Of a DNA stretch of 64,000 bases, positions 30,828 to 41,340 are shown one piece after another (within the stretch, counting starts at the first letter, position 1; every line of letters begins with the position of its first letter). Under the pieces are notes generated by a model. It was given only the letters and a program-made list of their open reading frames with translations. It was not told where the DNA came from and made no database searches. The DNA is from an uncultured Gammaproteobacteria bacterium (GTDB taxonomy: Bacteria; Patescibacteriota; Microgenomatia; Levybacterales; UBA12049): positions 641,016-705,015 of the forward strand of contig CAZFRF010000001.1 of assembly GCA_964521295.1 (NCBI GenBank), read 5' to 3'. A program made the position numbers and the translations under genes.

Positions 30828-32363
30828 TTAAACAAATCCTGGAAAGAAATCTTTTTTAATTTTCTTCACATTCAAACTTTCTAATGTTTCTTCAAAGCCT
30901 GTAATCATCCCATGCGGACCTGAAAGATAAAAAACTCGGTCTTTATAATCTGGTATCAATTTTTTAATCATTTCTGCATTTATTCTTCCTCTTTCTCCAA
31001 TCCAATCCTCGGGAATACTTTGTAAGTCGGTAAGATTATAATAAGTTTTAATTCCAAGTTTCTCAAATGCCTTATTAAAAATATCTATATAAACTATTTC
31101 ATCTTTTTGTTTATTTGAATAAAGTAAAATAATATCTTTTTTTATATTTTTATCAATTAAATACTTCAATATGCTTCTAAAGGGAGTTATCCCGATTCCA
31201 CCTGCAATGAAAACAAATTTTTTTTCTTTAGACTTTGCAATTGTAAAATCTCCAGAAAGACTACCCGCGAGGACCTTATCTCCTGCTTTTAAGTTTAATA
31301 AAGATTTTTTAAAAGAGCTAGAATTTTCATAAAACTTAATTCCCATTCTTATTTCTGATTCTGTAGGTGACGAAGAAATTGTAAAGTATCGTCTATTACC
31401 CCTAGTATCTTGTTTTTTAACATCCAATGTCCACTCTAAATATTGACCAGGAATAAAGTTAAATTGAGAATTATTTTTAAAAACAAAATCATATATATCA
31501 TTTGCTAGTTTTTCTTTTTTTTCTAAGATCAACATCAATTTTTCCTTTGGACTCACTAAATATGAAAAAATATTACCAATTAGCAATGCTAATTCAGGTG
31601 TTGTGTAAAACATTCCTATTTTTAATTGAGGTGAAAATAAAACACCAACAAGTGCTCCATACATGATTCTTAATTGATTTGTTGGAGGAGCTGTCAATGG
31701 CTCCGTTAACATTACAATTGCAAAAAACAAAACTGGGGAGTCTAAAAGGGTCTTTTTAAGAGTGATCAAAATATCATAACCATTAATAAATGTAAAAAAC
31801 GAAATAGTCATAAGCGCTGCTGCAATAAATCCTAAAACCATTTCAAATCGCTGTAATTTTCTCACCAAAAATAATCCTCCCAACAATACCACTGGAAACA
31901 TAATTGCCGTACCCACCCACCAACTAGCTGAACCCATTGTTAACACTGAGGCAGTGTAAATAGCAATCGCTACTGGGTTAAAGATATGTTTCATTTTATA
32001 TTCAATAATAAATTTAGAAGCAACTGTAATTAGAGATACCACACTCAAATACATATATTCTTCAATTTTATTAGCTGGAGTAATTATTAATACGAGTATT
32101 AGTGCAGATATATAAATCGACTCGAGATTAGTTATAGTATTAAATATTTTTGCAAATACCCTATTGAACAACCAACAAATAGTAATAATAAAAATGGTTG
32201 AGAAAAATAATTCAATTGGGGAAAATGCTAAAAATCCTAATAGGCTTAAAAAAAGTGCGAAAAATATTAATCCAATTAGATAATATAAAACCAATCTATA
32301 CATTGTTATTAAATTTAAAACTTTATCGATCGGATTAATTATTTTTTTTAACATATTTTTCAA
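30828..32363 (-). CDS. Polytopic membrane domain fused to ferredoxin-NADP-reductase-like FAD/NAD(P)-binding domain
   Basis: About 330 aa of hydrophobic helices (one His only, so a di-haem ferric-reductase domain is unlikely; an FNPxxxA segment is present). C-terminal FNR-like motifs RRYFTISSSP (RxYS) and GGIGITPFRS. Confidence 0.6.
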   Translation of the reverse strand: MKNMLKKIINPIDKVLNLITMYRLVLYYLIGLIFFALFLSLLGFLAFSPIELFFSTIFIITICWLFNRVFAKIFNTITNLESIYISALILVLIITPANKIEEYMYLSVVSLITVASKFIIEYKMKHIFNPVAIAIYTASVLTMGSASWWVGTAIMFPVVLLGGLFLVRKLQRFEMVLGFIAAALMTISFFTFINGYDILITLKKTLLDSPVLFFAIVMLTEPLTAPPTNQLRIMYGALVGVLFSPQLKIGMFYTTPELALLIGNIFSYLVSPKEKLMLILEKKEKLANDIYDFVFKNNSQFNFIPGQYLEWTLDVKKQDTRGNRRYFTISSSPTESEIRMGIKFYENSSSFKKSLLNLKAGDKVLAGSLSGDFTIAKSKEKKFVFIAGGIGITPFRSILKYLIDKNIKKDIILLYSNKQKDEIVYIDIFNKAFEKLGIKTYYNLTDLQSIPEDWIGERGRINAEMIKKLIPDYKDRVFYLSGPHGMITGFEETLESLNVKKIKKDFFPGFV

Positions 32364-33081
32364 AACCAGATGTACTTATAGCCATCTTATCTTTTGTAAT
32401 CATGTATCCCTCACAGCTAGACAATTCTTCTATAAATTTTATCCCCTTTGTACCCATTGCAAACGCTGCTGTTGCATACCTATCAGCGTCTAATACGTTT
32501 TTTGCAATTATTGTCATACTTACAACATCATCTGATAATTCATTTTGTGTTTTTGGATTATATATGTGATTTCCCCGAATATAATTACCAGATGTTGCGA
32601 TCCCTTTATTATATACCGAAAGTATTTTTACAATTTTAGACTGGTCAAAAGGATTCTTAATTCCCACTATCCAAGCCTTACCATTCTTTGTTCCAGAAGT
32701 CTGAATATCTCCACCACAATCAATATAAAAATTTTTATAACCGGATTGTTTAATTATTTTTGCTGCATTAAATATCGCCCATCCTTTAACAATACCCGAA
32801 GGGTCACAATAATTTCTATTAAAAATATTAAAATAACCACGAGTTTCAGTTTTTGTTTTTTTAGCCAATTTAAATATACTTTTCATGTCAGTACTAAAAT
32901 CTGAATATTTAATTCTTTTTTGATTAAATAAACTAATCTCACTCGTATTTTTGTATGTACTAAATTTAGCATCTATATATTTAAAATAATTGAATACTTT
33001 AGTAAAAATTTCTTTTTTGACATCTTCATCTATAATTTCTACCAAAATTGGCATTCCCATTATTACTTCTAATTGCTTCAT
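32335..33081 (-). CDS. FAD:protein FMN transferase (ApbE family), short form
   Basis: ApbE blocks MGMPI..., FSTYKNTSEISLFN and DCGGDIQTSG. Confidence 0.65.
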   Translation of the reverse strand: MKQLEVIMGMPILVEIIDEDVKKEIFTKVFNYFKYIDAKFSTYKNTSEISLFNQKRIKYSDFSTDMKSIFKLAKKTKTETRGYFNIFNRNYCDPSGIVKGWAIFNAAKIIKQSGYKNFYIDCGGDIQTSGTKNGKAWIVGIKNPFDQSKIVKILSVYNKGIATSGNYIRGNHIYNPKTQNELSDDVVSMTIIAKNVLDADRYATAAFAMGTKGIKFIEELSSCEGYMITKDKMAISTSGFEKYVKKNN

Positions 33082-33082
33082 T

Positions 33083-33556
33083 TTATAATGCTTGATTTAA
33101 TGCGGATTGAAGAGATTCTTTAAACGCAACGCTACTCTGTGTTGCGCCGGAAACAACATCTACTTCGGCATTTTGGTTCTTAATTGCTTCTTGTCTAAAA
33201 AGCGGAATCGCCTGCTCGTTTATTTGGATCGATGTGCTCCTATCATTAGGATAAATTAAAAATTCTATATCTTTTATCCTACCGTTTTCTATAATTGCCT
33301 TTACTTGAAAATCTCCATAAAATGCATCTGCAATTTTACCTGTATAATTTCCATCTTTATATTTTAAATCAGAACTTAATGTAATTGTCGGTATTAATGT
33401 TGTTTGACTACTGCTTGAATTTTCTGATGAAAATGAATTAGTACTTGGTGCATTATTAAGTTTCTTTTCTAATAAATTCGCTAATCCCAGTTTTTGGAGC
33501 AATAAAAGTGCGCTAATAATTAAAAAAACGCCTAAGGTAACTGTAATTTTCTTCAT
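33083..33556 (-). CDS. Membrane-anchored FMN-binding domain protein (ApbE substrate-type)
   Basis: N-terminal TM/signal, and the FMN_bind flavinylation motif DVVSGATQSS (Dxx[ST]GAT). Confidence 0.65.
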   Translation of the reverse strand: MKKITVTLGVFLIISALLLLQKLGLANLLEKKLNNAPSTNSFSSENSSSSQTTLIPTITLSSDLKYKDGNYTGKIADAFYGDFQVKAIIENGRIKDIEFLIYPNDRSTSIQINEQAIPLFRQEAIKNQNAEVDVVSGATQSSVAFKESLQSALNQAL

Positions 33557-33598
33557 TTTAACTACATTATTAATTTTAGCTGAAAAATAACTGAATTG

Positions 33599-34597
33599 TT
33601 AGATTGAAGAGCTAATGATATTAAATATTTCCTCTGCAAACTTTTGACTATCATGACGAATTATACTTCGCTTTAACTCATCGCTATGATTTTGAGTAAT
33701 AATTACATCTTTTAATAAATCTTTTCTAAGTATGGTAAATTTAGCCTTATTGCTTAAATCATCTTTTACGGGGTACTCTTCATACTCTTCGTACCAAGAC
33801 AAAACTTTTTTAGATGGAGTCCTATCATTAACTAAAACGTAAGTAACTACATCCTTACCTAAGTATTTTTCCAAAACCTCTATGTGTTTATGAGCGGTAT
33901 AGCTAGTGGTTTGCCCATACTTTGTCATTAGGTTTAAGACGAATATCTTCTTTGCCCTAGATTCCTTTATAGCCTTTGACACACCTGTTACCAATAGATT
34001 GGGAATGATGCTGGTATATAAATCCCCAGGACCAATTACAATGAAATCTGCCTGTAAAATTGCAGCCTCTGCATCTTCGTTAATTTCCGCTTTTGGCTTA
34101 AGATATGCCTTTACTATTGGCGCTCTTTTTTCTTTATTTTCAACAACATCAATATGTGTTTCGCCAACAATAGTTTTTCCATCTTCTAAATCTACACATA
34201 AGTTTGCATTTTTAGTAAATGTAACAGGCACAACATTTCCTCTTATTCTCAAGATCTTACCAACTTCAGCAATTGCCTTTTTCATACTACCTGTTTGTTT
34301 TTCTAAGGTTGATAAAAAAATATTTCCAAAACTATGACCTTTTAAACCTCCTTCTTCAAACCTGTAATTAAACATGTTTCTTAAAAGACGTGAAGACTCG
34401 GATAAAGCAACTAAACATTGCCTAACATCACCAGGAGGCAATACGCCCAACTCATCTCGTAGCTTTCCACTTGATCCACCACTGTCTAACATGCTAACTA
34501 TAGCTGTAAGCTTTAACGGATACTTCTTGAGGCCTGTAAGAGCAACGTAACTTCCTGTTCCACCGCCAATTGTAACAACTTTAGGAATTTTGTTCAT
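33599..34597 (-). CDS. YvcK / CofD-family (UPF0052) gluconeogenesis-factor-like protein
   Basis: N-terminal IGGGTGS motif and MLDSGGSSGKLRDELGVLPPGDVRQC block typical of the YvcK/CofD family. Confidence 0.8.
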   Translation of the reverse strand: MNKIPKVVTIGGGTGSYVALTGLKKYPLKLTAIVSMLDSGGSSGKLRDELGVLPPGDVRQCLVALSESSRLLRNMFNYRFEEGGLKGHSFGNIFLSTLEKQTGSMKKAIAEVGKILRIRGNVVPVTFTKNANLCVDLEDGKTIVGETHIDVVENKEKRAPIVKAYLKPKAEINEDAEAAILQADFIVIGPGDLYTSIIPNLLVTGVSKAIKESRAKKIFVLNLMTKYGQTTSYTAHKHIEVLEKYLGKDVVTYVLVNDRTPSKKVLSWYEEYEEYPVKDDLSNKAKFTILRKDLLKDVIITQNHSDELKRSIIRHDSQKFAEEIFNIISSSI

Positions 34598-34648
34598 TCA
34601 GTCTTTGTATTTTACAGTAAAATTAATACAGAGTAAATTCTAGCTAGC

Positions 34649-34927
34649 CTACCTAATCTCCTTAATCGATTTATCCATCTTTTTATATCTTATATATCCT
34701 AGTAGCAATACGAATATCCCCATTACAATTAATAAGATACCGAATAAATCAATAACTAATCCATTTAAGAAATGCATTAAAGTAACTCCTCCAGCAATTA
34801 AAGCCAAGGCTGTTCTAATATGCGCTAGGAAAGTAGATTCGTTAGCCAAAATTGTTCTATCAATTGCCAAATGGTCTCTTAATATCAATTGTTTCTCTGA
34901 AAATCTTTTATATGGATTTATTTTCAT
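34649..34927 (-). CDS. DUF202 (YidH-like) small membrane protein
   Basis: RDHLAIDRTILANESTFLAHIRTALAL motif followed by 2 TM helices. Confidence 0.55.
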   Translation of the reverse strand: MKINPYKRFSEKQLILRDHLAIDRTILANESTFLAHIRTALALIAGGVTLMHFLNGLVIDLFGILLIVMGIFVLLLGYIRYKKMDKSIKEIR

Positions 34928-34963
34928 GTAGAGATTATAACAAAAACATGTATAATCTTAATA

Positions 34964-36004
34964 ATGGCAACCGAAGATATCTTAAAAAATGTTAGATTAA
35001 GATACAGTAATGATAAAAAGCCTGGATATACGCGAAAAATTATAAATGGTAAATTTATCTATTTTAATACTGACGGCAAAAAAATAAATGATCAATCCAC
35101 AATTGAAAGAATAAATAAATTAGTAATTCCCCCTGCTTATAAAAATGTCTGGATCGCTCCCTATGAAAATGGTCATATTCAGGCAATTGGCTATGATGCT
35201 AAAGGCAGAAAGCAATATAGATACCACCCGTTATGGATAAAGATGAGTCAAGAAGAAAAGTTCTCACACCTTATTAATTTTGGCAAAAATCTACCAAAAA
35301 TTAGAAATAAAGTAAGGATAGATATGGAAAAATCTGGCATGCCAAGAGAGAAGGTTTTAGCAACAATCGTTTGGCTTTTAGAAAAAACTTTAATCAGAAT
35401 TGGTAATGACGAATATGAAGAAGATAATAAATCTTATGGCCTAACAACTTTAAAAAATAAACATGCACAAATAAAAACAACTAATCATATTGTTTTTCAA
35501 TTTAAAGGAAAAAGTGGGGTCTATCACAACGTTAGCTTGAAAAACAAAAAAATTGCAAAGATACTTAGACGATGCAAAGAAATTCCTGGACAAGATCTTT
35601 TTCAATATCTCGATGAAAATAAACAAATTCAAACCATTGATTCATACGATGTAAATGAATACTTACGAGAAATTACCAGCGAAGATATTACAGCTAAGGA
35701 TTTTAGAACTTGGGGAGGAACAATTCTTGCTGCAAAAGCATTTTCAAAAATAGGCATACAAACAGAAGAGACTATTATTAAAGAAAACGTTTCTAGCATA
35801 ATCAAGGAGGTTGCAAGCTTCCTAAGGAATAAACCTGCAACCTGCAGGAAATATTACATTCATCCATTAATAGTAAGTGCTTATGAGAAAGGCTTTGTTC
35901 TATCAAATCTAAATTCTCTACCTAAAAAAACTCGTTATTATACAATTAATGGATTAGAACAAAAAGAAAACGAAGTGCTGGCTCTGCTTACATACATTAT
36001 GTAA
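34964..36004 (+). CDS. Type IB DNA topoisomerase (poxvirus-like bacterial TopIB)
   Basis: N-terminal DNA-binding block (PGYTRK...YFxxDGKKI) and catalytic-domain blocks. Active-site tyrosine context CRKYYIHP near the C-terminus. Confidence 0.75.
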   Translation: MATEDILKNVRLRYSNDKKPGYTRKIINGKFIYFNTDGKKINDQSTIERINKLVIPPAYKNVWIAPYENGHIQAIGYDAKGRKQYRYHPLWIKMSQEEKFSHLINFGKNLPKIRNKVRIDMEKSGMPREKVLATIVWLLEKTLIRIGNDEYEEDNKSYGLTTLKNKHAQIKTTNHIVFQFKGKSGVYHNVSLKNKKIAKILRRCKEIPGQDLFQYLDENKQIQTIDSYDVNEYLREITSEDITAKDFRTWGGTILAAKAFSKIGIQTEETIIKENVSSIIKEVASFLRNKPATCRKYYIHPLIVSAYEKGFVLSNLNSLPKKTRYYTINGLEQKENEVLALLTYIM

Positions 36005-36035
36005 TTCATCTACTAAATTGTGGTAATATTACGAC

Positions 36036-36554
36036 ATGCAAATTAAGATACGTATTATTTGCATTCAATTCGTTATTATTTGCTCGCTTGTAGCTGTTAT
36101 TTTTCATGCTCCTCAAAAATATGAAATAATCAGTCCTTTAGCAAAACAAAAGCTCATTTTGGCAGAAAAAGTAAAAAGCCATACTCCGACACCAACTCCC
36201 TCTCCCGCACCAACCACTACACCCACCCTCACACCAACTCCAGCACCTACCGTAGTCCCTTTAACATATGATGAATTAGAAAGTCTTTTTACAAAACACA
36301 GTGAAAGATTTAGTGTTGCAAAAGATTTATTAAAAAAAATTGCAAATTGTGAATCTGGATTTAACCCAAATGCAATAAATGGGAATTACATGGGTATGTT
36401 TCAGTTTTCTCCTAATACTTGGATTAATAATAGAATGCTGCTTGGAGAGAATACAGACATAAACTTAAGAACTAACGCTGATGAAGCAATTAAAACAGCA
36501 GCTTTTATGATTTCTCGGCATATTACAAATGCATGGCCAAATTGCAGTAAATAA
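36036..36554 (+). CDS. Membrane-anchored transglycosylase-like (Rpf/lysozyme-like) protein with P/T-rich linker
   Basis: N-terminal TM, HTPTPTPSPAPTTTPTLTPTPAPT linker, and C-terminal transglycosylase-like motif IANCESGFNPNAINGNYMGMFQFSPNTW. Confidence 0.6.
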   Translation: MQIKIRIICIQFVIICSLVAVIFHAPQKYEIISPLAKQKLILAEKVKSHTPTPTPSPAPTTTPTLTPTPAPTVVPLTYDELESLFTKHSERFSVAKDLLKKIANCESGFNPNAINGNYMGMFQFSPNTWINNRMLLGENTDINLRTNADEAIKTAAFMISRHITNAWPNCSK

Positions 36555-37814
36555 TTACTGAGATTTTCTTAAGCTGCTAATATAATTTCTAAAAAAAATT
36601 ACACATATTAAAATAGAAAATAAAAAAACCTTCGGATTATATTGAATAAAAGAAAATACAGGAATAATGTTAACTAAAGCAATAAATGAAATTAATAAAT
36701 TTTTATTATATTTATTAAAAAACAAAAACACTTCTAACATCAGTAACACTACGGGGATGTAAATATAACGCATGTCTGAAATTATATGAAATAATTCAAT
36801 TTCATATGCAGGGGTAATCGGTAAAAATAAAGAAACCAAAAGAGTTGAGATTGTGAGGATAATTAATTTATGATCTAAAAATTTAATACTTCTTTTTTTA
36901 TGTTTAAAATAAATAATTATTCCCAAAAATAGTATAAGAGAAAAAGACCAGACCATATACTCTGAAATAAATGAATTAATCAACGGTATTATTCCTTGAG
37001 GATAATCAAATGGTATTTTCCATAACATCCAATCTTGCTGAACAAAACCATCCAACCCCTTAAACCCTAAAATTCCAGCTGGATATATTGGCGAGCCCAT
37101 TATTATTAAATTCCTAAGATACCAAAATATTCCAAACACAAAAACTAAAGCAATCGATACCAAAAATCTTATTAAATTGTAATTTTTAATAATTGACTTA
37201 AAATAAATCAATACTAAAGGGATTGCAAAAAGTGGCCCAGAATATTTTGTACCTATTAACATACCCAGGGAGAAACCGAAAATTAAACTAAAAGCCCAAC
37301 TTGTTCTTGGTTTTTGTAAAGTTAGTAAGCACAAAATAAACCACGCGCATAACCACTTATCTATACTCTGATCTGGAATTGTCCTAACAATAGATACTAC
37401 CCCAACAACACTACCAGCGAAAATTACCGAAATTAATTTATCAAATCCAAAATTTTTTGCCAAAAAATAACAAACACTCAACAAAAAAACCCAACCAAGT
37501 AAGCCAAAAAGATTTAAAGGAATTTTTAGTAAAATAAAAATTACAAGAATCAAGTTAGTTGCACCAGGTGAATAAATATACGGATCATCTAGTCTATACT
37601 TTAAAAAATCTCCCGAAATAATACTATTGGCAATTGGAATATTATAATCAGGACTTGTAGGGGTAAGATGTGTTAATCCATGATAAAAAAATATTGCAAA
37701 AATAAATACTAACATCGCAGTAATTATTTTTGAAATTAAATCAATTAATTTAGTTTCTAATAAAAGATTATTTTGATGCATTAATTTTTCTAATTTTTTT
37801 GGCGGGCACACCAA
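36555..37814 (-). CDS. Polytopic membrane protein, GT-C-like glycosyltransferase candidate
   Basis: 419 aa with about 11 TM helices. Sits at the distal end of the amino-sugar operon and overlaps the acetyltransferase gene. Confidence 0.4.
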   Translation of the reverse strand: MVCPPKKLEKLMHQNNLLLETKLIDLISKIITAMLVFIFAIFFYHGLTHLTPTSPDYNIPIANSIISGDFLKYRLDDPYIYSPGATNLILVIFILLKIPLNLFGLLGWVFLLSVCYFLAKNFGFDKLISVIFAGSVVGVVSIVRTIPDQSIDKWLCAWFILCLLTLQKPRTSWAFSLIFGFSLGMLIGTKYSGPLFAIPLVLIYFKSIIKNYNLIRFLVSIALVFVFGIFWYLRNLIIMGSPIYPAGILGFKGLDGFVQQDWMLWKIPFDYPQGIIPLINSFISEYMVWSFSLILFLGIIIYFKHKKRSIKFLDHKLIILTISTLLVSLFLPITPAYEIELFHIISDMRYIYIPVVLLMLEVFLFFNKYNKNLLISFIALVNIIPVFSFIQYNPKVFLFSILICVIFFRNYISSLRKSQ

Positions 37815-38250
37815 TAACTATCTCATTATCTTTAACATTTTTTGTCACAACACTTCCAGCGCCAACCATTGCATTTTCTCCAATAGTTATTCCTCCTAAA
37901 ATTGTAGAATTTGAACCAATAGACGCGCCTTTTTTAATTAAAATTGGTAATAAATCCCAATCTTTATCATTTTGTTGTTTTCCTTTCGAATTTAAAACTC
38001 GTGGATACTTATCGTTCACAAAAACAACATGATGACCAATAAACACATTCTCTTCAATAATTACACCACTACAGATAAATGAATGTGATTGAATTTTTAC
38101 ATTATTACCAATTACCACATCTTTTTGAATTTCTACAAAAGTTCCAACCTGAGAATCTCTACCAATACTACAACCATATAAATTTACGAAATCGTAAATT
38201 TTTACTCCCTTTCCAATTTTGCAGTTTTTAATTATTTGATTTTTTTTCAT
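37768..38250 (-). CDS. Left-handed beta-helix (hexapeptide-repeat) sugar N-acetyltransferase, WbpD/PglD-like
   Basis: Tandem hexapeptide repeats ([31 protein letters not shown]...[25 protein letters not shown]). Confidence 0.75.
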   Translation of the reverse strand: MKKNQIIKNCKIGKGVKIYDFVNLYGCSIGRDSQVGTFVEIQKDVVIGNNVKIQSHSFICSGVIIEENVFIGHHVVFVNDKYPRVLNSKGKQQNDKDWDLLPILIKKGASIGSNSTILGGITIGENAMVGAGSVVTKNVKDNEIVIGVPAKKIRKINASK

Positions 38251-38251
38251 G

Positions 38252-38938
38252 CTACAGACTGAAACGAAACTTTAATGCATCTAAAAATGACTCTATAACT
38301 ATTTTATTATTTACTCCACTTTTATTTTTCTTATTTCTTCCATGATAAACCGGTATTGCCTTAATATTATACCCCAAATTTGCTGCTTTTATTAAAAATT
38401 CAGCCTCAAAAAATACGCTTTTAGAGTTAGTTTTTATTTTTTTAAATATCTTTGTTTTAAATATTTTAATACTACCAACATCAAAAAGATTTTTACCAAA
38501 CATTAATAATGGTATTATATTGTAAACAAACGAGATGGTTCTTCTTAAGAATGTATATTTTTTATTTGTTCTTTTCCCTATTACTATGTCTCCATTTGTC
38601 TTTAAAATAAATCTTATTAAACGCAAAACGTCTATAGATTTCCAACCGCCATCAGCGCTAAATAAAACTGTGTATTCATTAATTGCTTGTGAATACAAAT
38701 CTTTTAAAGTTTCGGCGATACCTTTATTTTTCTTATGAATGATAATTGATACATTTTTATGATTTTTTTTAAATTTTTGCATAATTATTAAAGAATTATC
38801 TATGCTTCCATCATCACACAATAATATTTCAAATTTAATTTTCTCCTTATTCAACAACTCATAACATTCCGCCAAATATTTATTAAGTGTTGAAGCATTA
38901 TTGAAAACAGGGATTACAAGGCTTACAGAATTATTCAT
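38252..38938 (-). CDS. Family-2 glycosyltransferase
   Basis: GT-A N-terminal motifs [14 protein letters not shown] and [11 protein letters not shown]. Confidence 0.75.
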   Translation of the reverse strand: MNNSVSLVIPVFNNASTLNKYLAECYELLNKEKIKFEILLCDDGSIDNSLIIMQKFKKNHKNVSIIIHKKNKGIAETLKDLYSQAINEYTVLFSADGGWKSIDVLRLIRFILKTNGDIVIGKRTNKKYTFLRRTISFVYNIIPLLMFGKNLFDVGSIKIFKTKIFKKIKTNSKSVFFEAEFLIKAANLGYNIKAIPVYHGRNKKNKSGVNNKIVIESFLDALKFRFSL

Positions 38939-39938
38939 ACAAATTAATTTCTTTTTTTAATTTTAAACTCTTTTCCGCAGCGGCTAATAACTTAACCACA
39001 TTTAACCCGGATTTTCCGTCAGTCATAGGTGTTATGTTTTTTTTAACACAATCAACAAGATGTCTCAATTGAACCAAAAGAGTTTCTTCTTGAGACAATT
39101 TAGGAATTAGAATATCTCCACTTCTATATGCAGGGGTAAAAGGAGTAATTGAAGCCTCTGAATAATTATCTCTATTATAAATCTTAATTTTTTCAGTTGG
39201 CTCAATATCGTTAAATTGAATCATTTGCCTACTTCCACCGAGCAAAATTGTTCTTATTTTTACAGGAGATAACCAACTAACATGAATGTGTGCTGAAATA
39301 TTATTTTTATATCTTAGAAAAACATGAGCAAACTCAACATTCGACTTCCCCAAATGTCTTGAAGCTGCAACATAAATAGAAATAGGAAGAGATTCAAATA
39401 GAAAATTTAATATTGCAAAATCATGAGTTGCTAAATCCCAAAGCACATTAGTATCGGAATAAAACCTCCCTAAATTAGTACGCGTACTATCATAATAATA
39501 AATTTGTCCCATTTTTTTCTTAGAAATTTGTTCCTTAATTTTTCTAATCGCAGAGCTATAAATAAAAGTGTGTCCCACCATTAATATTTTTTTATTTTTC
39601 TTAGCCATATCCACAAGCTCTTTAGCCTCTTTAATGCTTTGGGTAACTGGTTTTTCAATAAAAACATGTTTATTCATTAATAAAGCTTTTTTTGCTAATA
39701 AGTAATGGGTGGATAATGGAGTTGCGATAGCAATTATATCTACATTATTATCATTTAATACTTCTTCGTATTTTTTTGTTGTTCGTAGAAATGGATAATC
39801 TATTGTTATTTTTCGGAGATTTTTTTCACTAACATCACAAAGGTAAGCTATGTTTACTCCGGGAATTTTTAAAAAATTTCTAACTAAATTTGGCCCCCAG
39901 TAGCCTAAACCAACTACTGCAATATTAATTTTTTTCAT
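38931..39938 (-). CDS. Gfo/Idh/MocA-family NAD-dependent sugar oxidoreductase (WbpB-like)
   Basis: N-terminal Rossmann motif [19 protein letters not shown] and family-typical EKP motif (FIEKPV). Confidence 0.8.
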   Translation of the reverse strand: MKKINIAVVGLGYWGPNLVRNFLKIPGVNIAYLCDVSEKNLRKITIDYPFLRTTKKYEEVLNDNNVDIIAIATPLSTHYLLAKKALLMNKHVFIEKPVTQSIKEAKELVDMAKKNKKILMVGHTFIYSSAIRKIKEQISKKKMGQIYYYDSTRTNLGRFYSDTNVLWDLATHDFAILNFLFESLPISIYVAASRHLGKSNVEFAHVFLRYKNNISAHIHVSWLSPVKIRTILLGGSRQMIQFNDIEPTEKIKIYNRDNYSEASITPFTPAYRSGDILIPKLSQEETLLVQLRHLVDCVKKNITPMTDGKSGLNVVKLLAAAEKSLKLKKEINLYE

Positions 39939-41034
39939 TTTTAAAATAGCTACTTAAAACTTTGGCAACTTGTAATATTTCTGTCCTTTTAATCTCTGGA
40001 TACATTGGTAATGCTATTGATTGAGACATTAATCTTTCTGCATTCGCTAGCTTTTTTTTACCAAATCTTGAATAATAAAATTTTTGCAAATTTAGCGGTT
40101 TATCATAATAAAAACTAGTGCCTATATTATTTTTTTTCAAAAACTTATTTATTTTATCTCTATTTTTAATAAAAATAGGCAAAACATAATAAACTGGATT
40201 AGTATTTACATCGTTTTGAATAAATCTTATTGGCAAAGATTTCAATAAACTCTCGTATAACCTGACTGCTTTTAGTCTTTTTTTATTTTGAATATCCAAG
40301 TATTTTAATTTATTTAACAATACAGCTGCCTGAAAACTATCAAGCCTACTATTTGTTCCCAATATTTCATGTACATTTCTATTTTTTTGTCCATGATTTC
40401 TAAGCATTAATATTTTTTTGTAAATTTGGAAGTTATTTGTAGTTATGGCACCTGCGTCACCAAATGCCCCTAAGTTTTTGGTTGGATAAAAAGAAAAAGT
40501 TCCAATATCACCTAAAGAGCCGACCTTTTTTGAATTAAGCAGGCTTCCTTGAGCCTGAGAACAATCTTCAATTACTATTAATTTATGTTTCCTAGCAATC
40601 TTATTTATTCTTGCCATATCACAAACAAAACCATACATATGAACGACTATTATTGCTTTTGTTTTTTTTGTAATTGCTTTTTCAATCGCATCTGGATCTA
40701 TTAATGGACTATTTAAATGTGAATCTACCAACATTGGTTTTGCATTTAACATAATAATTGGAGAAATGGATGCGGAAAATGTATATGCTGGAGCAATAAC
40801 TTCATCTTCGGGCTTTATATCAATTGCCATTAAGGCAAGGAGTATTGCATCAGTACCCGAAGCAACTCCTACGCAATATTTAACCCCAATATACTCAGCA
40901 AATTTTTCCTCAAATTTTACTACCTCTTTACCTAATATAAAATCAGAAGAATTAATAATTCTTTTAAAACTTTTTAAAATATCTCCAGAGTATTTTCTAC
41001 TTTCTCTTGATAAATCAATAAAATCAACTTTCAT
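39925..41034 (-). CDS. DegT/DnrJ/EryC1/StrS-family PLP-dependent sugar aminotransferase (WbpE-like)
   Basis: Family blocks [28 protein letters not shown] and the [16 protein letters not shown] lysine region. Confidence 0.85.
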   Translation of the reverse strand: MKVDFIDLSRESRKYSGDILKSFKRIINSSDFILGKEVVKFEEKFAEYIGVKYCVGVASGTDAILLALMAIDIKPEDEVIAPAYTFSASISPIIMLNAKPMLVDSHLNSPLIDPDAIEKAITKKTKAIIVVHMYGFVCDMARINKIARKHKLIVIEDCSQAQGSLLNSKKVGSLGDIGTFSFYPTKNLGAFGDAGAITTNNFQIYKKILMLRNHGQKNRNVHEILGTNSRLDSFQAAVLLNKLKYLDIQNKKRLKAVRLYESLLKSLPIRFIQNDVNTNPVYYVLPIFIKNRDKINKFLKKNNIGTSFYYDKPLNLQKFYYSRFGKKKLANAERLMSQSIALPMYPEIKRTEILQVAKVLSSYFKNEKN

Positions 41035-41048
41035 TTAAAATTACGAGC

Positions 41049-41057
41049 ATTATATCA
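41049..41057 (-). promoter_or_regulatory. Extended -10 element TGaTATAAT 14 nt upstream of the aminotransferase start codon
   Basis: Reverse complement of plus 41049-41057 reads TGATATAAT. There is no SD between it and the ATG at 41034. Confidence 0.45.
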
Positions 41058-41340
41058 AAATTAAAAGAGGGCAGACACAGCTTAATCGCTTGGGTTTTTT
41101 TAATATTTCATATAAAAGAAGTATTTCCAACTTTTTTATAAAGTATCTATTAAGCTAAATAGATTTAAGTTTGAAAAATAACCTCAGAATTAGAATATAA
41201 ATATTCCACATGCATTATGCGAGAAAAAAATCAAAAATAAATACAATACTGAAGAAACCATAAAAAATAATACCTAAAACCAATTTAATTGAGAAAAATT
41301 TAGCTGTTAAAATAAGTACACCTATTATAGCATTTGGAGA

